From Eledone cirrhosa (taxonomy: Eukaryota), in the NCBI GenBank assembly GCA_964016885.1, contig OZ024740.1:181040001-181104000 (forward strand): DNA of 64,000 bases, written 5' to 3'. Position 1 is the first letter of the stretch, and each line of letters begins with the position of its first letter. Position numbers and translations under genes: made by a program. Shown here piece by piece: positions 11,235-24,167 of the stretch. Below the pieces are notes generated by a model, which worked only from the letters and a program-made list of their open reading frames with translations, was not told where the DNA came from and ran no database searches.

Positions 11235-14200
11235 ATATATTTCTTTATTTGCCACATGGGCGTACAAAAATAGGACATTACAAGACGTGACGGCAGGGGT
11301 TTTACATAAAATCTGTAACAATGATAAATAACAATAAACTACATAAAAATAAAACAGTTGAGGGGGGGGGGGACGCTACTACGGGGTTCTTTTACACCCC
11401 GTGGATAGAACAACCCTCAACACTAGGAACACGTTTTTTAGGTGTTCCCGTCTTCCGTCTGTTTATCTTCCTCAACCTACAGGTTTATATACAGGGAAGG
11501 CCCATTCACCCGGGATATTTTCGCCACATTCACCCACCTTTCAGTGAATTGACTGGGGTGTAACCCCTCTCTCTCCACTCCCACCTTCCTTCTGAACTAG
11601 TAATTAAAGAAAGGGATAAGTTGTTGTCCAGAGAGAAAAGTGCTTGTCTCCGACCATTTAACCTCGTCCACCATATTACCTATTTCGCCACAGCCACCAG
11701 ACAGAGGATGACCGCCTCTCCTTTATTCTTAAATGAAGGCGGCGGGGTGATCCTCACGATGGACTCGGCTGACAACAGGACGTGTCCTACACGTTACAGT
11801 AGCTGTTCGACATAATTCCACAGGTCGGTCAATTTTGGGCACTGAACAATTGCGTGCAGAACGGTTTCGGTGTCCTGCTCGCATCTTCGACAGGTCCTTT
11901 TGGCAGGATCTCTGCCAGGGAGTCTGTGCCTGTAGAGTTCCTCGGTAGCACTGCCTGGCCAGAGACGGAAAGTCCTCTCGAACAGACTGGTCAGTTTGTC
12001 TTCCTCAATGCCTAGAGTTTCCCCGAGAACGTCGTCACACATATCCTCCCCTAATCCCCTATAGAATGTCTACGGTGAGTCTCCGCTGACTGCCGTTTCC
12101 GCATGGTAGAAGACTGTGAGCGCCTTAAGTCGAGGTGCCAGGCGCCCATTTTCGGTCTTCGCTTGACCCAGGACTGCAGGTCTGTTAGTGAGACGAGTTG
12201 TGGAAGAGCTCGTCTCACAAACGACAGCCACACCGGTTCGCCGTTCAGGAACTCCTGGAGAGGGCTTAGCCTCGGCGCGTGTTTGCGCATCATCACACAC
12301 GGCATGCCCAGCCCTCCGTTAGAAGGGTGTTGACAGCAGATGGATCTCCTCAACAATGGAGTCGGTTTCTTCCAGAGGAACTTGAAGAGTAGGCGTTCCA
12401 TTTTCGTGAGGTATTCGCGGGGACACGCCACGATTGTCAAGCGGTAGTAGATGACGGACGCTATGTCAGTCTTCGCCACCTCCGCTCGACCTTTCAAGAA
12501 GAGTTTACACACAGCCCACTTCTGGGTGAGTGCAAACCCCTTCGCCGTGACCGCGTTCCAGTTCTTGTCCACCCGGAGGTCTGGACGAAACCAGACCCCG
12601 AGCAATTTCACCGGTCCTTCCGTCCAGCGTCCAACGACACTGGCGGAAGGCATGGGTTTGCCTCACTATGTGCTGAGTTTCAAATCGACAGACTTGTTTG
12701 GGATTAGTCTTGCTCCTGTCAACATTTTGTATTCCTGTAATAGGTTGCCGATTACCTCGATGTCCGAGGTTTTCGACACCATTACGGTTATATCGTCGGC
12801 ATAAGCCGACGCAGCTTTCGCCAGTTCTGGTTCGATAGGGATGCCCTGCAACATCTCCAACTTCCGCAGTAATGGCTCGAGAGACAGTGCATACATAATG
12901 GAGAAGAGAGGGCACCCCTGACGGATGGAACGCATTATTTGGAATGGCTCCGATAGGAACTTTGACTGCCGAGTAGATGCTGGTGCGCAGGGCAGCGAAC
13001 CAGCCTCTGAAGACGGGACCGAAGCCAGCCGCCTTGAGAACCGCTTCCATGTTCAACCCTATCAAATGCTTTAGACTGATCTAAATTGATCACAGCCCCA
13101 TCGATGCCAGGTTTACACCCTACCCTCACTACGATGTATCGCATGAGGTGGAGTTTGTCGTGTATGGACCTGGTCTGGATTGCACACGTTTGCGCTTCCC
13201 CTACCACGTTCTCGACGACAAACGCCAGCCTCGCTGCTAACAACTTGGCCAAAATGTTAACTCTGTGTTGAGCAGAGTTATGGGCCTGAAAATGCTTATC
13301 TTATTCCTCTTGTTCTCATATTTCCTGATCAGCGTTACAACGTCTCTGCCTACAGAACTGGGAATCCTCCCGTTCTGCTGCCAGTTGCAGTATACCACTT
13401 CGAGGACGCCAGAGAACAAGTCTGACATGCCTATGTAAAATTCATAGGGTAGACCATCTAAACCGGGTGATTTGCGTTTCCCACAGCGGCCTAGGGCATC
13501 TTCCATTTCACCCGCTATGATCGGCCTTTCGCAGCTCTCTGCATCCATGCTCGAGAGCCGTGGTACGTCGTCGAGGTAGGCGCCGGAGTCCTTCACCTCC
13601 CTTGACGTAACACTTTGCCCGAACAGTTGTGCAACATTCTGCTGGAAGGCCGTGCACATTTGCTTGGATTCAAGTAGAATGCGTCCATCTTTGTCTTGCA
13701 AGGACAGAATTGTGGATTTGTTGCCACTTTTCGCCTCTGCCACTCGGGCCCAGCTAACAGTTTTGGTTCCTTCGTTTCTTAGAGCACGTGTTCTACTTCT
13801 GACAATACAAACTTCCTGTTTCACGTTGAAGAACTGGTCAAGTGCCGTTCCCGTCGCTAGCACGTCATCTGTACTGCCATTACTAAGTGCCTCTTCTACT
13901 TTAACTACCAGTTCCTTTTCGGTTTTGTTTTTTTCTAAAGCTACTTCCTTGCTGAAGGCTATCGATTCTATTCTAATTGCTCTCTTGAGAGAGCGCCACC
14001 ACCTGTTGTTGACGATCGCCCCCGTCAACTGGCACTTAACTAAGGTGATAATCCGTTTACTGTAGGCCATACGCGCCAGAAGCGACATGTTTAACTTCCA
14101 GTATCCGAGTCCCTGTCTATGTATCCTATCAAGGTTTACTATGCAGGTGACTAATTTGTGATCTGAATAGGCAACCATGTGCATTTGTGGTCAGCTTAAT

Positions 14201-14260
14201 GTTTCCTTATCGTTCTGTCTAATTAAGATAGATTAGATAACAGGTTCGAAGTAGGGATAT
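11235..14260 (-). mobile_element. L1/Tx1-clade LINE, 5'-truncated and frameshifted
   Basis: APE end SDHK, GYWKLN, KSPGLDGLPYEFY, FRPITLLNTE, LDQSKAFDRV, RQGCPL, AYADD, GGLGMP, zinc knuckle CRRC..ETVLHAIVQC. AATAAA near the 3' end (~11245-11250, minus). Confidence 0.9.
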
Positions 14261-14420
14261 TCGCAACAGAACAATTAATCACCATTCATCATCACCAGAC
14301 CTCAATGAAATCGGAAGAATTTGAAAACCTGTGAACGTTATGAGAAGCTAGATATTATGTTTATTACGTAGTTAAAATCTGATGATGATACTTCTAACAA
14401 AACCTTGTAAATAATATGTT

Positions 14421-14580
<160 letters not shown>

Positions 14581-17500
14581 TCCTTGAATCTCAGTCATTG
14601 ATGTTGGTTAACTGGAAAGTCCGTTGGATTGAATATCAAGCCATTACCTGCAGCCTCAGATATTCAGGACGTATCGGAGGGTTCTTGCTGTTCCAAGCAA
14701 GCATGCCTTTTGAAGCGTTCCAAAAAGCGTGAAGGGGCCGATTTTCTTTAACCATCCCTGGAAACCTTTGGAGATAGTCCCCAGTGCGCCTATGACAATC
14801 GGGATCACTTTGACTTCATGGCAGTTCCAAATCCTTTTCACCTCCCACTTTAGGTCCTGGTATCAGTTAATTTTCTCCCTCTCCTTCTCTTGCACTCTCG
14901 TGTCGAACGGGCAGGCCACATCCACAATCAGGCACGATCTTTTTTCTTTGTCCATAACCACCAGGTCAGGTCTATTGTGTTCCAGTTTTTTGTCCGTCTG
15001 TATCCTAAAATCCCACAGCACCTTCACCTGACTGTTCTCCATCACCGCCTCTGGCCTATGCTCATACCATTTCTCAGAATGTGGTAGATTGTTTACTTTG
15101 CACAGGTGCCAGTGGATCACCCTGCCCATCACATCGTGTCTCCAGCCCTTATAGTGGGTCTGGGCTAGGTGTTTACACTCGGACACAATGTGAGCCACAG
15201 TCTCCTCTCTCTCTCCACAGATCCTGCACAGTGGGCTAGCCTCCTCCTTGTAGATATGGTGCTTCAACCACTTCGTTTTGAGGGCCTGCTCCTGCGCAGC
15301 CATTAGCATTCCTTCTGTAGCCTTTTTGAGGTCTCCTCTTCTCAACCAGTTCCATGTCTGTGGATCTCTAAATTCAGTTTTCTCAAAGAAGGTACTATGA
15401 AGGGATTTTCCCTTAAGGCTGCTCTTCCTCCTTGATGTTATTTCCTCCTTGGACATCCCCTGGCCTACTGTCCCCTCCTTCAGTACAGTTCTGAGCATTG
15501 GCTCCTTACTATAGGTCACGTATTTGTATAGGTTGTTTTTCTCCATCTGAACACAGTCATCTATGCTGATAAGACCTCTTCCACCCTCAGATCTCCTTAG
15601 GTAGAGTCTATCGACATCACTCCTCTTGTGGAACATGTTGTAGATAGTCAATAGCTTCATAGTCTTCCTATCCATTTCTTTTTGTTCAGCAACATTCCAT
15701 CTCAGAATTCCCGCACTGTACCTAATAATAGACACAGCTCGGGAATTTACTGCGCTTATGGCATTTCTGCTGTTCAGATGTGACTTCAATACGCTCCTTA
15801 CTCTCCGAATGTATTCAGTTCTTAACAATTCCTTCATTTTTTTGTTCTTTATGCCATCAGCCTCCAGAACGCCCAAATACTTGTATCCTTCCTCATAGTC
15901 AATTTCCTTTATCATCTCACCTGTTGGTATCTGGATCCCGTTACTTCTGCTCAACCTACCCCTCTTCATCACAATGACTCCACATTTACCAATACCAAAC
16001 TGCATACATATATCACTGCTGAAAATACGGACAGTGTCAACAAGCACATCCAACTCCTTCTCACTTTTCCCAAAGAGCTTAAGATCGTCCATGAAGAGGA
16101 GGTGATTGATGGTAAGCTCTCCCCTTCCCAACTTGTATCCTGCTCTCACTTTTCGCAGCATAATGGTCAAGGGCATCAGGGCAAGGACAAACAACAGAGG
16201 GGACAGGCTATCTCCCTGGAAGATACCTCTCTTGATCTTCACGCTTCCCAAGGATACTCCAGTTGATGTCAACTCTGTCTCCCAGGACCCCATACTCCTG
16301 CCCAGCAACTGTCTGATGTTTTCTGCCACCCTGAAGACCTCCAGGCTTTTGGTGATCCAGGAATGAGGCACCATGTCAAATGCCTTTCTGTAGTCTATCC
16401 ATCCCATGGCAAGATCAGTGTGTCTCCTCCTGCAATTCCCCATTACCATCTTATCAATAAGCAACTGGTCCTTTGTACCACGTGACTTCTTTCGGCATCC
16501 TTTCTGTTCGTCCGGTAACAAGTTGTTTGTGTGGAGGTGATGGTAGATTTCCTCAGACACAATGCTCGTCAACAGTTTCCACATTACGGGCAGACATGTG
16601 ATAGGTCTATAGTTGGTAACATCATTACCCTTGATTCGGTCTTTCATTATCAGAACTGTGGTACCTTTTGTCAACCACTCTGGCACCTCACCCGACACCA
16701 AGCAGTCATTGAACATGGCCGTCAGCTTCGGGTGAAGGATGTTAAATGTTTAATCCAATACCCCTGCACACCATCTGGGCCTGGTGATTTCCAGTTGGTT
16801 AGTTTTTTGGCTTGCCCCTTAAGAGTTTCAACTGTGATACTCAAATCAGTCTGTTGTTGTGCCTTCTCACCGATCTCCCTCTGTACTGTCTCAATCCACC
16901 CTGCCTGGGCATTGTGTCTAACATCCTGCTCCCATATTCCTCTCCAGAATGTTTTAGCTTGTTCCGCCCCAGGGATCAAGTCGTTGCCTCTTTCTTTCCC
17001 CTCAAGCTGTCCAACCAGCATCTTCTGGTTGTTGTCGAACATGCGGTTCTGTTTATACTGACTGACTCTGTTCTCGTATCGCCTGATTCTGGCACTCTTT
17101 GCTACAATGCGTTGCTTCAATTACTCTATGATAATATTTAGCTTTTTACTCCTAGTTTTGTATTTTATTTCCAGTCTATTTTTAGTGCCTATGTTTTTTA
17201 GTGTCCCATTCAGTAGTGACTCAAGCTTTCCTATGTCATTTCTCATTTCCCCGATTTGCCCACTCAGTCGCTTCTTCCACCACGGCTCTGCTCTTTCTTG
17301 TCTGTTGTTTCCTCTCGCTTTTATACCAAGTAGTTTCCTCGCCGTATTTGCTGTTGCTTTGAGGATATTGTTGCACTGGTGAAGACTCCTCACCTCAAGG
17401 TATGGGATGACTTTGTTTACCTTAGCTGTTGTTTCTTTTAACTTTTTCCTGTCTACAAATCTTAGGTTCATAGGTCTCCCACTATCATTGTTCAATTCAT

Positions 17501-19126
17501 CTACCACTAAATTTAGGATGTCAACCGAATCTTGTCCTAGCCCGTCAGCATTCATCTCCTCAGAGGCCGTATCTCTGTTCCAGGTATTATTTATCTCAGT
17601 ATTCAGATCATTGTCTGCTTCGGGTGGTTCCTCCGTTCTCAGGACCTCCTCACCTTCATTTCCCACCGGCTCGCTTGTCTGGCATACTACACCCGCCATC
17701 TCCAAGCCATTCTCTCTGCTCAGTTCCTCCAGTTCCAGCTCGCTTATCCACCCATTAGTTCTTATTACCCGAGCCTGCCCGGCCAATTTTTGTTCATCTA
17801 ATTTAAATAAACCAATCTCGTTCCAGATGTTATGCATCCGTCTCCTGTAGCCCCTCTCCTTGGGGTTACTTTTCAGGTAGCATTGCATAACAGTTCTATT
17901 CAATTCTTTCGTCCAGTTGGTTCTGGCCCCTTTCCTTCTTCTTCTTCCTCCAACATCAGCAGTATTTGGTTGACAGTCAGGTTCCTGCTGCTGAGCCAGG
18001 GGGCACCTGTTGGGTGAGAGTCTGTCACATGACGTTCTAGTCTCCATTTCACCGTTATTCGAACTGTTTATGTTCGATATTTAAACACTCTTATCGAGGA
18101 TTGGCGAATGTATGTTTACATAGCCATCTGTGGATCCGCCATCCCACTTGGCCCTTGTGTGGCATTATCACCACGCTGTATACGAACACACATAAACAAA
18201 CAAACACACGGGCAGAAAGGGCCCCAAAAATGAATAAGCATAAGTTTCATTGTAATGTAGTATTCGAATGTCTGACTTAGTTTTTGTTTTTTAAGTTTTA
18301 CTTTTTCCCCCCTCTTCTCTGTCCGTCCGCCTGCTTCTCTCTTCATTCTTATTTTCTTTACGTTTTTGGGGTTTCTTTTTTTGTTTTTGTTTTTCTCTGT
18401 TTGTTTTTCTCGTTTTTTGCTGTTGTTGCTGTGCTGCTTTGGTTTTGTTGTTTGTTTTTTTCTTTTTTCTTTTGAGTCTATCTATATATTTTGATGCCTT
18501 CCTCTTTGTTAGTAGTAGGGATTCTATAATGTGGAAGTAGTAGCAGCCAGCAGGGAGAAGTGGGAGGCTGGCGGCGCTGGCGATACTGAGACAGTGGTGG
18601 TGGTGATGTCGATACCAAGGCAGTGGTGGCGGTGATGTGACCGTATTACTGTAGTGATGGTGCTGTAGCGGTGGCAGCAGCAGTGAAGGAGTCAAGGGGT
18701 GGTGGCGGCGGTGATGGGATAGTGGTGGTAATGATGGCCGTAGTGAGCGGTGGCGGTGAAGGTGAAAATGCTGTTGTGTTTAGTGTACACGGATGATGGG
18801 GTGGGTGGTGTATCTAGTTTCTGGTGTTGGTGAGTTTAGCTGTCCTATATAGTGTAGCCAGCGGAGAGGAGGGGGGGGGGGTTCTTCTTCTTCCATTTAT
18901 AGCCATTTTTTTTTTGGATATACAGTGTACAATACAAAGTTGAATATTTGAATATTTGAGCCTTATACCAATATATTTTGGGTCCGAATTTTTTGGGGCT
19001 CAAGCCGGGTGCTTTACGTAGCATTTGTACTAAGAGTTGTTATTTCACAAATGATTTAAATATGTTAAAAATTCAAAACTTACGGGAGCGATTTCATGAC
19101 CTCCGTCACCTCGTGCGTCTTCTTCC

Positions 19127-19130
<4 letters not shown>
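14581..19130 (-). mobile_element. R4/Dong-clade non-LTR retrotransposon, family A, apparently full-length
   Basis: Bounded by (TAA)n on both sides. ~1.08-kb 5' region, RLE-type ORF and ~75-nt 3' UTR. Confidence 0.9.
14656..18047 (-). pseudogene. Dong-type ORF (Myb-like N-terminus, RT, CCHC, RLE) with two nonsense changes and one frameshift
   Basis: WTKELNRTVMQCY, WKSPGPDGVQGYWIK, NYRPITCL, QGDSLSPLLF, LFMDD, CRICGEREETVAHIVSEC, RPDLVV..IVDVACP..K..YQDL. Lesions at ~17121, ~16735 and 14863. Confidence 0.92.
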
Positions 19131-19162
<32 letters not shown>

Positions 19163-19462
19163 GTTGCATTTATCTTGCTTTATGTTCATACGAGTTATCA
19201 CCAAGTCACAACCAGTGACCTCAAGAGACAACAAGATCCGCCATGTTCAAGAAAGAACATACATATTCACACATGCATCTTTAGTGTTTAGACTTGTGAT
19301 GTACTTATATTGACAGAATCTTCCTTAGTATATGGGCAGTTCCCATTAGTACTATCTTTTGTATTTCTCCTATACGCGGGTTTCCTGGGATTTGCGATAT
19401 GTAATCATTAGACCCCTTAGGTATCATTCCCAGAGCGCCTACAACCACTGGTATTGTTTTAG

Positions 19463-19464
<2 letters not shown>
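19163..19464 (-). mobile_element. Dong family B, 5'-truncated ~300-bp 3' end
   Basis: Near-identical to 19510-19810 and 24168-24468. (TAA)n on both sides. Confidence 0.9.
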
Positions 19465-19509
<45 letters not shown>

Positions 19510-19510
<1 letters not shown>

Positions 19511-22500
19511 TGCATTTATCTTGCTTTATGTTTATACGAGTTATCACCAAGTCACAACCAGTGGCCTCAAGAGACAACAAGGTCCGCCATGTTCAAGAAA
19601 GAACATACATATTCACACATGCATCCTTAGTGTTTAGACTTGTGATATACTTATATTGACAGGATCTTCCTTAGTATATGGGCAGTTCCCATTAGTACTA
19701 TCTTTTGTATTTCTCCTATACGCGGGTTTCCTGGGATTTGCGATAAGTAGTCGTTATACCCCTTAGGTATCATTCCCAGAGCGCCTACAACCACTGGTAT
19801 TGTTTTAGTTCTCAATTTCCACATTTTTCCAATTTCTATCTCCAGGTCCTTATACTTGCTCAATTTGTCAAATGTTTTTATAGATACATTCTTGTCTATT
19901 GGAAGAGACATATCAATTAGCAGGCATACCCTCCTTTGAAAGTCCTTCAATATTATATCAGGTCTATTTGCATCTATTTTTCGGTCTGTTTGGATGTTAA
20001 AGATCCACAAGATTGAGATGTGATCTTTTTCAAGTATTTGAGGTGGTTGATGTTCCCACCAATTCTTTTGATGGGGCAGGTCAAAATGCTTACACATTAT
20101 CCAATGTATGTATTGTGCAGCTCTGTCATGCCTGTTTAGGTATTCGGTTGGAGCTATAGGACTGCACATTGAAATTATATGGTCAATGGTCTCTGGTTGT
20201 TTTTTGCATACACGGCATAATGGGCTGCACCCATTTTTTATTATGTTGGCTTGGTAATTTTTTGTTGGCAGACACTGATCTTGTGCGGATATAATCAGTC
20301 CTTCAGTCTCCGATTTCAGTCCAGAGGATGCCAACCACTGATGGGTTAAAGTTTTGTCAACATCAGGATTGTTAGCTCGCTCTGGGTATTTTCCATACAG
20401 AGGCTTTTCTTGCCATTTCTTAGCCAGTTTCTGTAGCAGTTCTTTCTTTGCAGTTACTTTTACCTGCTTTGCTTTTTCTGTGTTTTCCATTTCAGCAGTA
20501 AATGGGACTTCTGAAATTTGTAGTCCATTACTGTATCTTTGTGCATCTTTTGTAATGGAATATGATCTTTTGGTGCTTTCGTGTTTCAAAACGAGTTTGA
20601 TCATCCAATCATGTGATTCCCTTAGATATGTGGATAATCCAATTGTTGCAGTTTTCAACGCAATGTCTAACTGGATTAACCCACGTCCTCCTTCTTTCCT
20701 AGGGAGATATATTCTATCTATGTCTGCCTTAGGGTGATGCATTCTGTGCATGGTTAAGAATTTTCGGATTTTTGTATCGAGCCTACGGATCTCTGTGCTT
20801 GACCAGTTGATGACATTGTAACTGTAGGTTACTACTGGTATGGCAAGCGTGTTTATGGCATCGATCCTATTCCTTGCATTCAATTCCGTTCTTAAGATTG
20901 CTCTGACTCTGCGGTAACATTCCTTCCTTATCCTTTCCCTCATTGTCGAGTGCTTGATTCCGTCTCCTTCACAAACACCTAGATATTTGTAAGTTTGTTC
21001 TTGATCAAGCTCACTTATCACGTTCCCCCGATCAAGATTAATGTCTGTACACTTCAGCAGCTTTCCTCTGGTGAACGTTGCTTTGGCGCATTTATCCAGT
21101 CCAAACTCCATTTTAATGTCATCACTGAACTGCTTCACAGTGGATAATAGCCCTAGCAATTGTTCATCATTTTTTGCAAATAGTTTCAGGTCATCCATGT
21201 AGAACAAGTGATTAATGGTTTTGTCATAGACTTTATATCCATGTTTTGTTTCATTGAGCATTTTACTTAATGGTATAAGTGCCATGCAGAATAAAAGCGT
21301 TGATAAAGAGTCACCCTGAAAAATTCCACAATTAATATTAACTTCTCCAGCTTCCAGTGATTTTGTTTCACTATTCAAAAGGAGTGTCGTTTTCCATGTC
21401 TTCATACTAAATGACAAAAACCTCCTGACAACGGGGGATATTTTGAAAATCCCTAAACATTTTTCAATCCAACTGTGCGGCAAACTATCGAATGCTTTTT
21501 TATAATCTATCCAAGCAATTGATAGATTTTTGTGTCTATTATGACAATCTTCCAGTATCATTTTGTTAACCAGAAGCTGACCCTTACAGCCATATGAGCC
21601 TCGTTTACACCCTTTCTGCTCAATAGGAAATAGGTCATTTGTTATCAGGTGGTCATATGTGTATTCAGTTACGACTGATGTTAAAATGTTATACATTGTG
21701 GTCAAGCAAGTTATGGGTCTGTAATTTTTGGGATTGTTTGTCTCATCATTCTACGGAAGCAGGAATGTAATGCCGTTAACTAGCCACGATGGTATCTTTT
21801 CTGGCTCCTTAACTATTTCATTGTAAAGTTGGGCTAACAGCTCATGAGCCTCTGTGAAGGCATTTATCCAAAAGTTTTGTATTTTGTCTTTTCCTGGGGA
21901 TTTCCATTTGCTGGTTTTTCTTAGAGCCAAGGGCAACTGTTCAACTGTTATATTTTCCCATGTTTGTTCCTCAAGGTGAGCTGTATCTTTCATTTGTCTG
22001 TCTATCCATGGGGCATGTATGTTATGAACTTTTTCTTCTTTAGTTTGTTTAACATATTCACCTACTTTATAGTTTGTTAAAATTTCTATGTCAGATGGGA
22101 GAAGGTTTATTTGGCGATTGATGTTCTCTTGCCAAGTAGATTTCTTGTGGGAATTCCTTTGTTTTTTCATCTTCACTCCACATAAGTGAGTGGTGACTTT
22201 AGCCGATGCATAATAGAGATAATTTAAATCAGTAATGTTTAGTTTGTTTGTGAATCTAATGTTTTTGAGAATTATGTTAGTCTTGTGTATTATCTTTTGG
22301 TTCTGTTTGGAGTTCTGGATCTTAGGGAGGGTGTCTCGTTCCCCCATGTCAGATTCTTTCATTTTCATCCATTCGATCATAATTTCATCCTTCAAGTTGT
22401 CAAGTTCATTCTCATTCATTTCTTTATCATTTACAATCTCATTGTTTTAATTTGGAGATTCATCTTGAGCATGCACTCCCTCCACTTTTTCGATCCTTTC

Positions 22501-24141
22501 TTTAATTTGTTCTGTTGTCAGTGATTCCGCCCCAACCCTGGGATTCGAAGTGTTACAATTTATCTCGTTTTCACTGACACATGTTTCATTTTCCCTTCGC
22601 TGACTTTGTGCTAATAGCTTGATCTGATCAATTTCTATATCAGTTAGTAACTTTTTTCTTACAATATTTCTTCGTATATTGGCTAGTTTGTTACTGTCAA
22701 TATAGCCTCTGTTTTCGGGATGTTTTTTTTTCCAGTTGATATATGTCTGTTCTGTATTCGATGTATTTGATGGGTAGTACATGGCAGTGTAGAAAGCCTC
22801 AAGGACTTCTTTATTATCTTCCCTTGACCATTTTTCTCTCTTTTTCTTTGGATTTCTTGGTGGTGAGCATGGAGGGCCAACAGTAGGAGTATTCCGATTA
22901 TGGGAGGTCTCCAGCTCCGAAGTGATGGGAAGGTTTGAACCATTAGCTGATTTTTCGACTCCAGTCTGGTTCCTCTCTGAGGGACGCGGCTCTTTTTTAC
23001 CCGGGTGACGGCCGATCCGGTATGAGATTTTATCATTAGACATTTACTTTATTTTGTCGCGTTTTATTCTTATCCGCCAAGGGGTAATCATTTCGTATTA
23101 CCACTTCTAGAATGAGTGTCAACCAAGACTAGAGGGGTCGTTCTCCCCTAGAGACACGGCTATTCCCCGCCGGCCGCCATCCCGGTATTTCTTGGTAACG
23201 GGGTTTTCTTATTGTTGTTGTTTTTTTAAATTGTTATTATCATGAGTGGTTCCTTAATGTGAGCATTGCTTGGCTTAAGAATGAAATTATTAATAATTGT
23301 CTCCACTCCAGGCACAAGGCCAGCAATCACCCAGTGCATTACAATAATATAATATACTTTTTGCTGTAGTTGCCTGTTATTGTTGTTGGCTATGTCGGTG
23401 GTGGTGCTGGGGCTTTTTATATTGTTGGTGAGGAAGGGGTGAGCCAGCAGTCCCAAAGTTGTTGATGTTGACGTTTGGCCGGTGGCCAGGTCACTAAGTC
23501 AATCTATTTATATCTTTTGCTAGCCTCTCCCTTGTCTAGTGATACCGCCACCTTCCCCTTTCTCTGTCAAGTTAACAGTGGAATAGTGGTGGTAGCAATG
23601 AAGGAGTGGTGACGGCGGCGATGGGATAGTGGTAGCAAGATGATGGATGGGGTGGTGGCGGCGGTGGCGTTGTGGTTCCTGGGTTTTGTGATATGTAGTA
23701 TCTATGAGTTTGTGTTCGTATGTTTAATATATATTGTGTTGACGTATTCCCGTAAAATTGGGATTAAACATTTTGTTAAAATTTGAGACAATAATAATAG
23801 TAATTATTATTACCATGCCGGGATTGATGGTGGTGGTGGTCAAATTGCCGTTATCTGGCTGTTATATTTAGTGTGATGGGATAGGTGGTGTATCAAGTTT
23901 CTGGTGTTGGTGAAATTGCTGTTATTTGGCTGTTCTATATAGTGTAGACAGAGGGTGTTTTCATCCATTTATAAACATTTTCTTTTTTGAATATAAAATG
24001 TATAATACAAAATTGAATATTTGAGCGATATAACAATATAATATGGATCCGAAATTTTATGGGACTTCATTCGGTGGTTTATGCAACATTTGTACTAAGA
24101 ATTGTTATTTCACAATTGATTTAAATATGTTAAAAATCAAA
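19510..24141 (-). mobile_element. Dong family B, near full-length defective copy
   Basis: Colinear with 24168-29036. Nonsense changes at ~22447 and ~21751, plus a 258-bp in-frame deletion at ~22039 (from the offset difference between the copies). Confidence 0.93.
19651..23043 (-). pseudogene. Dong family B ORF, disrupted
   Basis: ORF pieces 22447-23043, 21751-22419 and 19651-21705 match the 1216-aa protein. Confidence 0.92.
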
Positions 24142-24167
24142 ATTATTATTATTATTATTATTATTAT

